Positions 12,702 to 20,229 of a stretch of 26,774 nt of DNA are shown here, in pieces. The number at the start of each line of letters is the position of its first letter. The stretch's first letter is position 1. The position numbers were made by a program, and so were the translations under genes. Under the pieces are notes generated by a model that did no database searches, had not been told where the DNA came from, and was given only the letters and a program-made list of their open reading frames with translations. This stretch comes from Eubacteriales bacterium (GTDB lineage: Bacteria; Bacillota; Clostridia; Christensenellales; CAG-138): the NCBI GenBank assembly GCA_028701165.1, contig JAQVRG010000002.1:1-26774 (forward strand), in the 5' to 3' direction.

Positions 12702-13733
12702 ATGGAACAAGCGCAACACAACAGCCAGCATGAAAGAAAGCCCCGCAGGGATCTGTTCCCCCGTCCCGCCTGCATCCTTGAGGCGGCGCAAAGCAGCCGT
12801 TCGCACCCTCTTGCCTTAGAGCTGCTCATCTTCGCCGCCGTCTTTCTCTGCTGCGCCATGATACAGGGCGTCATATTGGCGATCCCCTCCTGTATGTACA
12901 TGCTCCGTTCCGAGGCGTTCCAATCGGCCTTGGCGCTTTTGATGGAGAGCGGCGATACCGCGGCCTATATGCAGGCGGTGATGGACGTCATGTTCAACCT
13001 GCCCGCGTGGCTGCAAATCCTCAATCTTTTCGGTACGCTTTTTGTTATCGTCGGCTTGCTCCTCTATTGCGCCCGCATAGAAAAGCGCAGCCTGCGTTCC
13101 ATGGGGCTTAGCGCCAAAGGCGCAGCGGGCGAATATCTTTTCGGGCTTTTAGCCGGTTTGGCGCTCTTTGTTGCGGCCATCCTGCTTTGCCTTATCACGG
13201 GCACGCTGAAAATAGGCGGCGTTTCGGAGGATTTCTCTTTCCTGAACATCCTTCTCTTTTTCCTCGCCTATCTTGTACAAGGGATGAGCGAAGAGATCCT
13301 CTGCCGCGGTTATCTTATGATCTCCGTTGCCAGACGTCAATCCCTGCCCGTGGCCATCCTTGTAAGCTCGCTGGTCTTTGCGGCGCTGCACCTTGCGAAT
13401 AACGGTCTCACGCCGCTGGCCTTTTTCAATCTCTTCCTCTTTGGCGTAGTCATGGCCGTCTATGTGGTCAAGCGCGGCAATCTTTGGGGCGCCGCCGCCA
13501 TCCACAGCGCTTGGAATTTCGCGCAGGGGAATCTCTTTGGCGTAGCCGTCAGCGGCACATCGCCCGCCGATTCGGTCTTTGTTTCCACGCTCAGCGAGCG
13601 GGGCGCAATGATAAACGGCGGCGCTTTCGGCCTTGAGGGCGGCTTGGCCGTCACGCTCGTGCTTGTTGCCGCAGTGCTTCTTTTGGTGTTCAAGCTCCCG
13701 CCCAAGGCGGATTTTCAGCGCGCCGCGCAATAG
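12702..13733 (+). CDS. CPBP (CAAX protease/Abi-like) intramembrane glutamic endopeptidase
   Basis: 343 aa, multi-TM. Catalytic motifs EEILCRG (EExxxR), FAALH (FxxxH) and HSAWN (HxxxN). Confidence 0.92.
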   Translation: MEQAQHNSQHERKPRRDLFPRPACILEAAQSSRSHPLALELLIFAAVFLCCAMIQGVILAIPSCMYMLRSEAFQSALALLMESGDTAAYMQAVMDVMFNLPAWLQILNLFGTLFVIVGLLLYCARIEKRSLRSMGLSAKGAAGEYLFGLLAGLALFVAAILLCLITGTLKIGGVSEDFSFLNILLFFLAYLVQGMSEEILCRGYLMISVARRQSLPVAILVSSLVFAALHLANNGLTPLAFFNLFLFGVVMAVYVVKRGNLWGAAAIHSAWNFAQGNLFGVAVSGTSPADSVFVSTLSERGAMINGGAFGLEGGLAVTLVLVAAVLLLVFKLPPKADFQRAAQ

Positions 13734-13741
13734 ACTTTTCA

Positions 13742-13770
13742 TTGCGGTGCGCCGCAAACGCCTCTATAAT
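13742..13770 (+). promoter_or_regulatory. Promoter of the HTH-S24 gene with an overlapping palindrome (candidate operator)
   Basis: TTGCGG (13742-13747), 17 bp, TATAAT (13765-13770). The palindrome TTGCGG-tgcg-CCGCAA (13742-13757) covers the -35. Confidence 0.65.
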
Positions 13771-13791
13771 GATAGAAGGGGGTGATGGTTC

Positions 13792-14451
13792 ATGGCGCTT
13801 TCGGATACCTTGGCGGCCCTTCGCAAACAAAAAGGGCTTTCTCAAACGCAGGTCGCCGCATTTCTAAGCGAAAACGGCGCGCCGCTTACCCAGAAGGGCG
13901 TATCCAAATGGGAACGCGGCGACACCACGCCGAGCGCCGCGCAGTTTCTGCTGCTGTGCGAGCTTTATCAGGTGCGGGACGTTCTTTCCGTATTTCTTGA
14001 TCAGCCGAACGAAGAAGCGACGCTTAACGCCTCGGGGCAAAGCCGCTTGCGCGAATACCTGCATATGCTGCTTGCAAACGAGGAATTTTGCGAACCGCGC
14101 GCCCTGCCCCTGTACGATATGAACACGGCATACAAAGCAGCGGACCTGACACACCGCGCCGCCGCCGCGCTTCTGCCCGCGTCCCAAGCGCCGCAGGACG
14201 CGGCGTTCGCGCTCCGCGTGCGCGGAGAGAGCATGTCGCCGCTGTTTGAGGACGGGCAGATCGTCTATCTCCAAGCATGCGCATCGCTTTGCGCGGGCGA
14301 TTTCGGCGCTTTCTTTCTAAACGGCGCGCTGCATTGCAAGCTATATATGGCGGCTGCGGGCACCGAGCTCGTATCCGTCAACGAAAAATTCCCGCCCATC
14401 CGCGTACAGCCGCACGACGACTTTCGCATCTTGGGAAAAGTGATCCGATAA
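13792..14451 (+). CDS. XRE/Cro-CI-type HTH repressor with C-terminal S24 (LexA/CI-like) peptidase domain
   Basis: N-terminal LRKQKGLSQTQVA...VSKWERGDTTPS (HTH). C-terminal FALRVRGESMSPLFEDGQIV (Ser147), HCKL (Lys183), LVSVNEKFPPI and ILGKV. Confidence 0.9.
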   Translation: MALSDTLAALRKQKGLSQTQVAAFLSENGAPLTQKGVSKWERGDTTPSAAQFLLLCELYQVRDVLSVFLDQPNEEATLNASGQSRLREYLHMLLANEEFCEPRALPLYDMNTAYKAADLTHRAAAALLPASQAPQDAAFALRVRGESMSPLFEDGQIVYLQACASLCAGDFGAFFLNGALHCKLYMAAAGTELVSVNEKFPPIRVQPHDDFRILGKVIR

Positions 14452-14454
14452 AAC

Positions 14455-14483
14455 GCGCGCCCGCTCATGGCAAGCGGGCGCGT
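14455..14483. terminator. Probable bidirectional intrinsic terminator between convergent genes
   Basis: 10-bp GC stem CGCGCCCGCT/AGCGGGCGCG (14456-14465/14473-14482) with a 7-nt loop. T-rich sequence follows on both strands, but the tracts are imperfect. Confidence 0.7.
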
Positions 14484-14486
14484 TCG

Positions 14487-14524
14487 TTATTTTTCTGTGC
14501 TTTCTTTATTTCTCTGTGTTTTCT
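14487..14524. repeat. 19-bp tandem duplication of the GH1 gene's 3' end
   Basis: ttatttttctgtgctttct (14487-14505) versus ttatttctctgtgttttct (14506-14524), 17/19 identical. Confidence 0.7.
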
Positions 14525-15843
14525 TTACTATACGCCGCGTACCATTTCGCCGAATCCTTTAGGATACGACGCATGTTCGGATAGTCCATATACACAAGGC
14601 CGAAGCGATCCTCATAGCCCGCGTTCCATTCAAAATTATCCGTCAGGCTCCAATGGAAATAGCCCCGCACGTCCGCGCCTTCCTCCATCGCTTGTTGCAG
14701 CGCCGTAAGGTAGCGGGTCAAAAAATCGATGCGGTCAAGGTCATGCACGCACCCGTCCAAATAGATGCGGTCATTGCAGCCCTGTCCGTTTTCCGTAATG
14801 TAGACGGGCAGCCTATAACGGTCGTAAAGCGTAAGTATGCCGTGATGGATGACCTCCGGCGTAACGGGCCATTTCAAGGAAGTGCGGGGGAAGCCCTCGT
14901 AGCGGCGCACATACTCCCCTTGCTCGTCCACGCCGTTGCCGTTATACACATTGACGCCCAGTATGTCGATAGGCTGCTTGATGATATCGAAATCCGCGGC
15001 GGGCACGCTTTTCGCAAACGCCGCAAGCGCCTCCGGCGCGTTTTCGGGATAATGCCCAAGGATAGCGGGATCGAGGAACCAGTTGTGGGAAAATGTCCAC
15101 TTATCCTCGTCGATCACAAAGGTCGCCGCCTTGGCGGCTGCGCGCCCTTGGGGCGTATCCTCTTCGGGATAGCAGAGCTTGCCCGTGGAGGCAAGACCCA
15201 CGGTGACAGGGCTTGCGCTGTTTTCCCGGATGGTCTTCACGGCCATACCGTGCGCAAGCAGCATATTGTGCATGCAAAGCGCGCACTGCGCCGTGTCGTA
15301 ACGCTTGCCCGGCGCGTGTATGCCGTCCTTGTAGCCTAACCCTACCACGCACTGCGGTTCGTTGAGGGTGAAGTAGTTTTTGACCCGCCCGTCAAAATGC
15401 TTCGCCATCAAGCCAGCAAAGGAGGCGAACGCCTCCGCCGTTTCGCGTTTGAGCCAACCGCCTTTTTCTTCAAGCACGAGCGGCAGATCCCAATGAAACA
15501 GCGTCATAAAAGGCGTTATACCCTCCTTGAGCAGCATATCCACCAGCGCGTCGTAATAAGCTAAGCCCTTCGCGTTGACACTACCCGTTCCGTCGGGACG
15601 TATGCGGGGCCAGCTCACCGAAAAGCGGTACGCGTCCAAGCCCATGGCTTTGATAAGCGCTACATCCTCCTCGAGCCGATGATAGGAATCGCAGGCGACG
15701 TCGCCCGTGTCGCCGTTTTTGATATGCCCCGCCGTATGCGTGAATTCATCCCATACGGACCAGCCCTTGCCGTCCTCGTCCCATCCGCCCTCGATCTGGT
15801 AGGAAGCGCTGGCCGCGCCCCACAAAAAGCCCTTTGGAAACAT
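14506..15843 (-). CDS. Glycoside hydrolase family 1 beta-glucosidase (cytoplasmic)
   Basis: FPKGFLWGAASASYQIEG, YRFSVSWPRI, acid/base TLNEP, nucleophile ITENG and WSLTDNFEW...RFGLVY. No signal peptide. AGGAGG RBS. Confidence 0.96.
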   Translation of the reverse strand: MFPKGFLWGAASASYQIEGGWDEDGKGWSVWDEFTHTAGHIKNGDTGDVACDSYHRLEEDVALIKAMGLDAYRFSVSWPRIRPDGTGSVNAKGLAYYDALVDMLLKEGITPFMTLFHWDLPLVLEEKGGWLKRETAEAFASFAGLMAKHFDGRVKNYFTLNEPQCVVGLGYKDGIHAPGKRYDTAQCALCMHNMLLAHGMAVKTIRENSASPVTVGLASTGKLCYPEEDTPQGRAAAKAATFVIDEDKWTFSHNWFLDPAILGHYPENAPEALAAFAKSVPAADFDIIKQPIDILGVNVYNGNGVDEQGEYVRRYEGFPRTSLKWPVTPEVIHHGILTLYDRYRLPVYITENGQGCNDRIYLDGCVHDLDRIDFLTRYLTALQQAMEEGADVRGYFHWSLTDNFEWNAGYEDRFGLVYMDYPNMRRILKDSAKWYAAYSKENTEK

Positions 15844-15862
15844 GTTCTATCCTCCTAAAAAG

Positions 15863-16963
15863 TTATATCGTCAGCAGCCGTTCAAACAGCCGCACACCTT
15901 CGGTCAATATGCTTTCGTCGAAATCGAACGTATCCGCGTGCAGCGGCGTCGCCCGCCCGGTTCCCAGCAGGAAAAACACGCCCGGCACGCGCTTTTGATA
16001 AAAGGAAAAGTCCTCCCCGGCAAGCGACGGCGCATCGATGGGCTTAGGCGCGTCCGCGCCAAGATGCTCCATCACGCTTGCAAACAGCATTTCGTCGTTG
16101 CGCACGGGCGGATAGCCCTCCGACATGGAAAGGCGGATCTTGCAGCCCGTCTCCTCCTCCACCGCCGCCGCGATCCGTTCAAGCTGCGAAAACAAAAACG
16201 CGTGCGTTTCCTCGGAAAAGCTCCGCATGGTGCCGCTTAGCACGGTGTGTGCGCTCAGCGCGTTTTGTACCGTGCCGCTTTGCATAACGCCGAAGCGCAG
16301 CAAACGCTTCTCCCGCTCCGGCAGCGCCGTACCGATCATATCGTAAGCCCTGCAAAGCCACAGCGCGCCGGCGTACAGCGCGTCCGCGCCCTCCTCCATG
16401 CGGGACATGTGGGCGCTTTTCCCAAAGATCTCCACATCCACAATACCGGTCTTGGCCATCATGGGCCCGGGGCTTGCGCGAAGCGCGCCCGCGGGAATGT
16501 CCGGAAAGATGTGTATCGCAAAGATCGCCTTGACGCGGTATTGCTCTAAAACGCCCGTTTCACAGATGTCGCGCGCGCCGCCCGTCGTTTCCTCCGCGGG
16601 CTGGAAGATCAAAAGCACATTGTTGGGAAGCGTCTTTTGCGCGGCAACGATCTCCGCCAAGCCCAGCAGCATGCTCGTGTGCCCGTCGTGCCCGCAGGCG
16701 TGCATGCGTCCGGGATGAACGGACGCGTAGGGCGCTCCAGTTTTCTCCTCCACGGGCAGCGCGTCCATATCGGCGCGAAAGGCCACCGTTTGCGCTTGCC
16801 CCCTGTCAAAATACGCACAAACGGCGCCCTCTATGGGCGAAAACACGCGGCAGCCAAGCGGCGCAAGCAAATCCTTTACATATGCCGTCGTCTCAAAAAG
16901 ATCAAATCCGGTCTCGGGTATACGGTGTAAATCCCGCCTGTAGCGCGTAAGCTTTGTAAGCAT
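15863..16963 (-). CDS. M20D amidohydrolase, probably N-acetyl-L,L-diaminopimelate deacetylase (B. subtilis YkuR-like)
   Basis: RRDLHRIPE, FRADMDALP, MHACGHDGH, FQPAEE, GEDFSFY. The family call is firm. The specific substrate is inferred from the divergent lysC-dapA-dapB-dapH operon. Confidence 0.8.
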   Translation of the reverse strand: MLTKLTRYRRDLHRIPETGFDLFETTAYVKDLLAPLGCRVFSPIEGAVCAYFDRGQAQTVAFRADMDALPVEEKTGAPYASVHPGRMHACGHDGHTSMLLGLAEIVAAQKTLPNNVLLIFQPAEETTGGARDICETGVLEQYRVKAIFAIHIFPDIPAGALRASPGPMMAKTGIVDVEIFGKSAHMSRMEEGADALYAGALWLCRAYDMIGTALPEREKRLLRFGVMQSGTVQNALSAHTVLSGTMRSFSEETHAFLFSQLERIAAAVEEETGCKIRLSMSEGYPPVRNDEMLFASVMEHLGADAPKPIDAPSLAGEDFSFYQKRVPGVFFLLGTGRATPLHADTFDFDESILTEGVRLFERLLTI

Positions 16964-16998
16964 TCAAGTCTCCTGCCGTTCATGATAGGTCAATTCGT

Positions 16999-17027
16999 AT
17001 TGTACGATGCTTTGCTTCTTTTCGCAA
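16999..17027 (-). promoter_or_regulatory. Promoter for the amidohydrolase-GH1 unit
   Basis: Minus strand TTGCGA (17027-17022), 17 bp, TACAAT (17004-16999). Confidence 0.65.
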
Positions 17028-17035
17028 CAATTCTC

Positions 17036-17064
17036 TTGACAAAGCCCGCGGCATATGATAGTTT
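17036..17064 (+). promoter_or_regulatory. Promoter for the riboswitch-lysC-dap operon
   Basis: TTGACA (17036-17041), 17 bp, TAGTTT (17059-17064), with an extended -10 TG. The inferred start falls just before riboswitch P1. Confidence 0.7.
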
Positions 17065-17071
17065 ATGCGCA

Positions 17072-17230
17072 AGATAGAGGCGCGGAAAAGACAAGGTCAG
17101 CAGGAGCCGACGGGTTATGAGAGCCGACCGCAGCGATTCCGCCGAATTCCTTTGGCAGGTATGCCGTGGGAATGGGGTTTGGGAGAATATCTCAAACACT
17201 GTCTGCAAGGTTTTTGCAGGAGCGCTGTCT
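17072..17230 (+). ncRNA. Lysine riboswitch aptamer (L-box)
   Basis: P1 AGAUAG/CUGUCU, 5' AGAGGCGC, CGCCGAA junction, P4 GUUUGGGA-GAAUA-UCUCAAAC, ACUGUC, P5 CUGCAA/UUGCAG and GGAGCGCU. It sits upstream of lysC. Confidence 0.93.
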
Positions 17231-17305
17231 GACTTTACCATAATGATATGCCCCGCCGAAACGGGACGTTTGCGTGAGAGCAAGCGGTTTCATTGGGTTA
17301 TGTAG

Positions 17306-17338
17306 GTCGGAAGCGATATGCTTGCCGGCTTTTATTTT
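17306..17338 (+). terminator. Riboswitch expression-platform terminator
   Basis: GUCGG-AAGC / GCUU-(G)-CCGGC stem with loop GAUAU, followed by UUUUAUUUU, 24 nt before the lysC start. Confidence 0.75.
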
Positions 17339-17362
17339 ATACATTTTACACAAGGAGGCAGC

Positions 17363-18577
17363 ATGGGCATCGTACAAAAATACGGCGGCAGCAGCGTCGC
17401 CACCATGGAGAAGATCAAGGCCGTCGCCGCGTGCGTGGCAGCGACGCGCAGAGAGGGTCACGATATGGTCGTCGTGGCGAGCGCCATGGGAAAGACCACC
17501 AATGAGCTGATCGCGCTTGCCAAGGAAACGGGAGGCGCCGACAACGCGCGCGAGCTGGACGCGCTGATGGCGACAGGGGAACAGACCACCGTTTCGCTTC
17601 TTGCCATGACGCTTGAGGGTATGGGCATACCCGCCGTGTCGCTTACGGGCGCGCAATGCGGGTTTCTCACCAACGCCAACCATGCCCGCGCCAAGATCGT
17701 GGATATCAAGGACGATGTGCTCAAAGCGCGCATCGCGGAGGGCAAGGTCGTCGTCGTCGCGGGTTTTCAGGGTATAGACGAACACGGCGACATCACCACG
17801 CTCGGCCGCGGCGGCTCGGATACGACGGCGGTGGCTTTGGCGGCGAAGCTCGGCTGGGACTGCGAAATCTACACGGACGTGGAGAGCATCTTCACCGTGG
17901 ACCCGCGCAAATGCCCGGGCGCGAAAAGGCTGCACCGCATCACCTACGACGAGATGATGGAGATGGCGTCCTTGGGCGCGGGCGTACTGGAAACGCGCTG
18001 CGTGGAGATCGCAAAAAAATACGGCGTGAAGCTCTATCTTGGCAAATCCCTCGAAGCTGACAAAACGAAAGGAACCTATATCATGATGGAAAATAACGAA
18101 AGCTTTGAATCCATGCCCATCACGGGCATCAGCCTCAAGGAGGACTGCGCCATGGTCACCGTGACGGGCGCCGCCGGCGACGGACGATGCGTGGACGATG
18201 TTTTCGCGCTGGTCGCTTCACTTGACATTAATGTGGATATGATCTCGCAGCAGATGCTCGCGGACGGCGGCGTTGCGCTTTCCTTCAGCTGTTCCTTGGA
18301 GGACGCGGCGCTTTTGCAGCGTAAATACGGCGAACGCGGCCTTCCCTACGCGCTCGACGTGCAGCAGCCGCTGGGCAAAATATCGCTCGTAGGCGTCGGC
18401 ATGATCACGCACAGCGGTATCGCAAGCCGCGCCTTCTCGGTGCTCTATCAAAACGGCATCCGGTATTACCAAATTACGACGTCCGAAATCTCCATCTCCA
18501 TCACCGTGGACGTTGCGAACATGCAAAATGCGGTCAATATGCTGGCACGGGCGTTCGGCCTCTGCGACGCCGACTGA
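17363..18577 (+). CDS. lysC: Aspartate kinase (404 aa, C-terminal ACT domains)
   Basis: MGIVQKYGGSSV, VVVASAMG, TTLGRGGSDTTAV, YTDV, ITTSEISIS. I set the start at ATG 17363 after AAGGAGG; the ORF-track start 17318 lies inside the terminator. Confidence 0.96.
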   Translation: MGIVQKYGGSSVATMEKIKAVAACVAATRREGHDMVVVASAMGKTTNELIALAKETGGADNARELDALMATGEQTTVSLLAMTLEGMGIPAVSLTGAQCGFLTNANHARAKIVDIKDDVLKARIAEGKVVVVAGFQGIDEHGDITTLGRGGSDTTAVALAAKLGWDCEIYTDVESIFTVDPRKCPGAKRLHRITYDEMMEMASLGAGVLETRCVEIAKKYGVKLYLGKSLEADKTKGTYIMMENNESFESMPITGISLKEDCAMVTVTGAAGDGRCVDDVFALVASLDINVDMISQQMLADGGVALSFSCSLEDAALLQRKYGERGLPYALDVQQPLGKISLVGVGMITHSGIASRAFSVLYQNGIRYYQITTSEISISITVDVANMQNAVNMLARAFGLCDAD

Positions 18578-18625
18578 TCCCCCGGCCATTTCAAACCCAA
18601 CGACTATAGAAAGGCGGAAAACAAA

Positions 18626-19507
18626 ATGTTGCAGCTGCAAGGATCCATCGTTGCTCTGATCACCCCCTTCAATCCTGACGGGAGCGTCAACTTCGGCCAG
18701 CTTGCGGAGCTGGTGGAATTTCACATCGCCAACAAGACCGACGGCGTCGTGGTGCTGGGCACCACGGGCGAATCCGCGACCATGACGGATGAGGAAGACG
18801 ATCAGGTCTGCCAGTTCGTCATCGATAAGGTCAACAAACGCATTCCGGTCATCGCGGGCAGCGGCTCCAACTGCACCCGCTCCATGCTCGAAAAAAGCCT
18901 GCGCTTCCAGAGCATGGGCGCGGACGGCCTGCTCGTGATCTCTCCCTATTACAACAAGGCGAACGAAGAGGGTATGTACCGCCACTTCGCCACCGTCGCG
19001 GACGCGGTGAACATCCCCTGCATCCTCTATAACGTACCGGGACGCACGGGCTGCGCCATCTCCGAAAACGTGGTCAAGCGCCTGTATACCCACGAAAACG
19101 TGGGCGGCATCAAGGAAGCCTCGGGCAATCTCGGCTACGCGGCGCAGATCGCCCGTTATGTAAGCGACGATTTTCGCATGTACAGCGGCAACGACGATGT
19201 GATCGTCCCCATGATGGCCTTGGGCGCAAGCGGTGTGATCTCGGTGTTCGCTAACGCCTTCCCCAGAGAGTCGCACGATATCGTCGCGAATTTCCTCGCG
19301 GGCGACCTTGAAAAATCCCGCAAGGCTCAGCTCAAGTATTTGGAGGTCATCAACGACCTCTTCATCGAGGTCAACCCTATCCCCATCAAGGCGGCCATGA
19401 ACATGATGGGCCTTGGCGCGGGCGCGCTGCGCCTGCCGCTCTATGAGATGAGCGAGGGTGCGCGCGCTAAGCTTGAGGGCGCGCTGCGCAGGGTAAACGC
19501 GCTATGA
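18626..19507 (+). CDS. dapA: 4-hydroxy-tetrahydrodipicolinate synthase
   Basis: ALITPF, GTTGES, PYYNK, LYNVPGRTG, GIKEASG (Schiff-base Lys), SGND, NPIPIK. Confidence 0.97.
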   Translation: MLQLQGSIVALITPFNPDGSVNFGQLAELVEFHIANKTDGVVVLGTTGESATMTDEEDDQVCQFVIDKVNKRIPVIAGSGSNCTRSMLEKSLRFQSMGADGLLVISPYYNKANEEGMYRHFATVADAVNIPCILYNVPGRTGCAISENVVKRLYTHENVGGIKEASGNLGYAAQIARYVSDDFRMYSGNDDVIVPMMALGASGVISVFANAFPRESHDIVANFLAGDLEKSRKAQLKYLEVINDLFIEVNPIPIKAAMNMMGLGAGALRLPLYEMSEGARAKLEGALRRVNAL

Positions 19508-20223
19508 GGATCATGTTGGTAGGCTACGGCCGCATGGGGCATATGATCGAGTCGCTCGCGCAGAAGGCTGGGCATACCGTGGAGGCTGTCATCGACGTTG
19601 AAAACACGGGCGACCTTTCCTCTGTAGGCAGCGTCGCGGACGTTGTGATCGATTTTTCCTCCCCCGCGGTGCTGCCGCTGCTCGCGGACTGCATACGCCG
19701 TACCGGTATGCCGCTTCTAAGCGGCACAACGGGCTATACGCCGGACGATCTTGCGCTGTTTTCAAGCCTTGGCGCTTTTGCGCCCGTGCTGCACAGCGCG
19801 AACTATTCCGTGGGGATCGCCGTGTTCAAGCGGATGCTGCGCGATATTGCCCCCACGCTGCTCGGCGCGTTTGACGTGGAGATCACGGAAACGCATCACA
19901 ACCAAAAAGCCGACGCGCCCAGCGGCACGGCGAAGCTTCTCTATGAAGCGATCGATCCCGAACACGCCTACACCCCCGTTTACGGCCGCGAAGGCATTTG
20001 CGGCAAACGCGACGCGAAGGAGATCGGCGTCCACGCGCTGCGCGGCGGCACGGTGGCGGGCACGCACACGGTATCCTTCTTCGGGCAGGACGAGGAGCTT
20101 TCCATTACGCACCGCGCCAACAGCCGCGCGATTTTCGCAAACGGCGCGCTCGCGGCGGCGCAGTCTCTCATCGGCCGCGAAAAGGGCGCGTATACGCTGG
20201 ATCAAATATTGTTTGGAGAATAA
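19504..20223 (+). CDS. dapB: 4-hydroxy-tetrahydrodipicolinate reductase
   Basis: GYGRMG, IDFS, GTTG, ANYSVG, ETHHNQKADAPSGTA, ALRGG. ATGA overlap with dapA. Confidence 0.96.
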   Translation: MRIMLVGYGRMGHMIESLAQKAGHTVEAVIDVENTGDLSSVGSVADVVIDFSSPAVLPLLADCIRRTGMPLLSGTTGYTPDDLALFSSLGAFAPVLHSANYSVGIAVFKRMLRDIAPTLLGAFDVEITETHHNQKADAPSGTAKLLYEAIDPEHAYTPVYGREGICGKRDAKEIGVHALRGGTVAGTHTVSFFGQDEELSITHRANSRAIFANGALAAAQSLIGREKGAYTLDQILFGE

Positions 20224-20229
20224 ACGACG

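Noticed and set aside
13792-14451. Calling the S24 repressor lexA or a prophage remnant
   Set aside because: The N-terminus is an XRE-type HTH, not the LexA winged helix. No phage or integrase genes or att-flanked island are nearby.
17245-17295. Second riboswitch (c-di-GMP-I) or hammerhead ribozyme in the lysC leader
   Set aside because: GAAA/GGGACG gives a superficial resemblance, but the GCAAA(A/G)C elements of c-di-GMP-I and the CUGAUGA core of hammerheads are absent.
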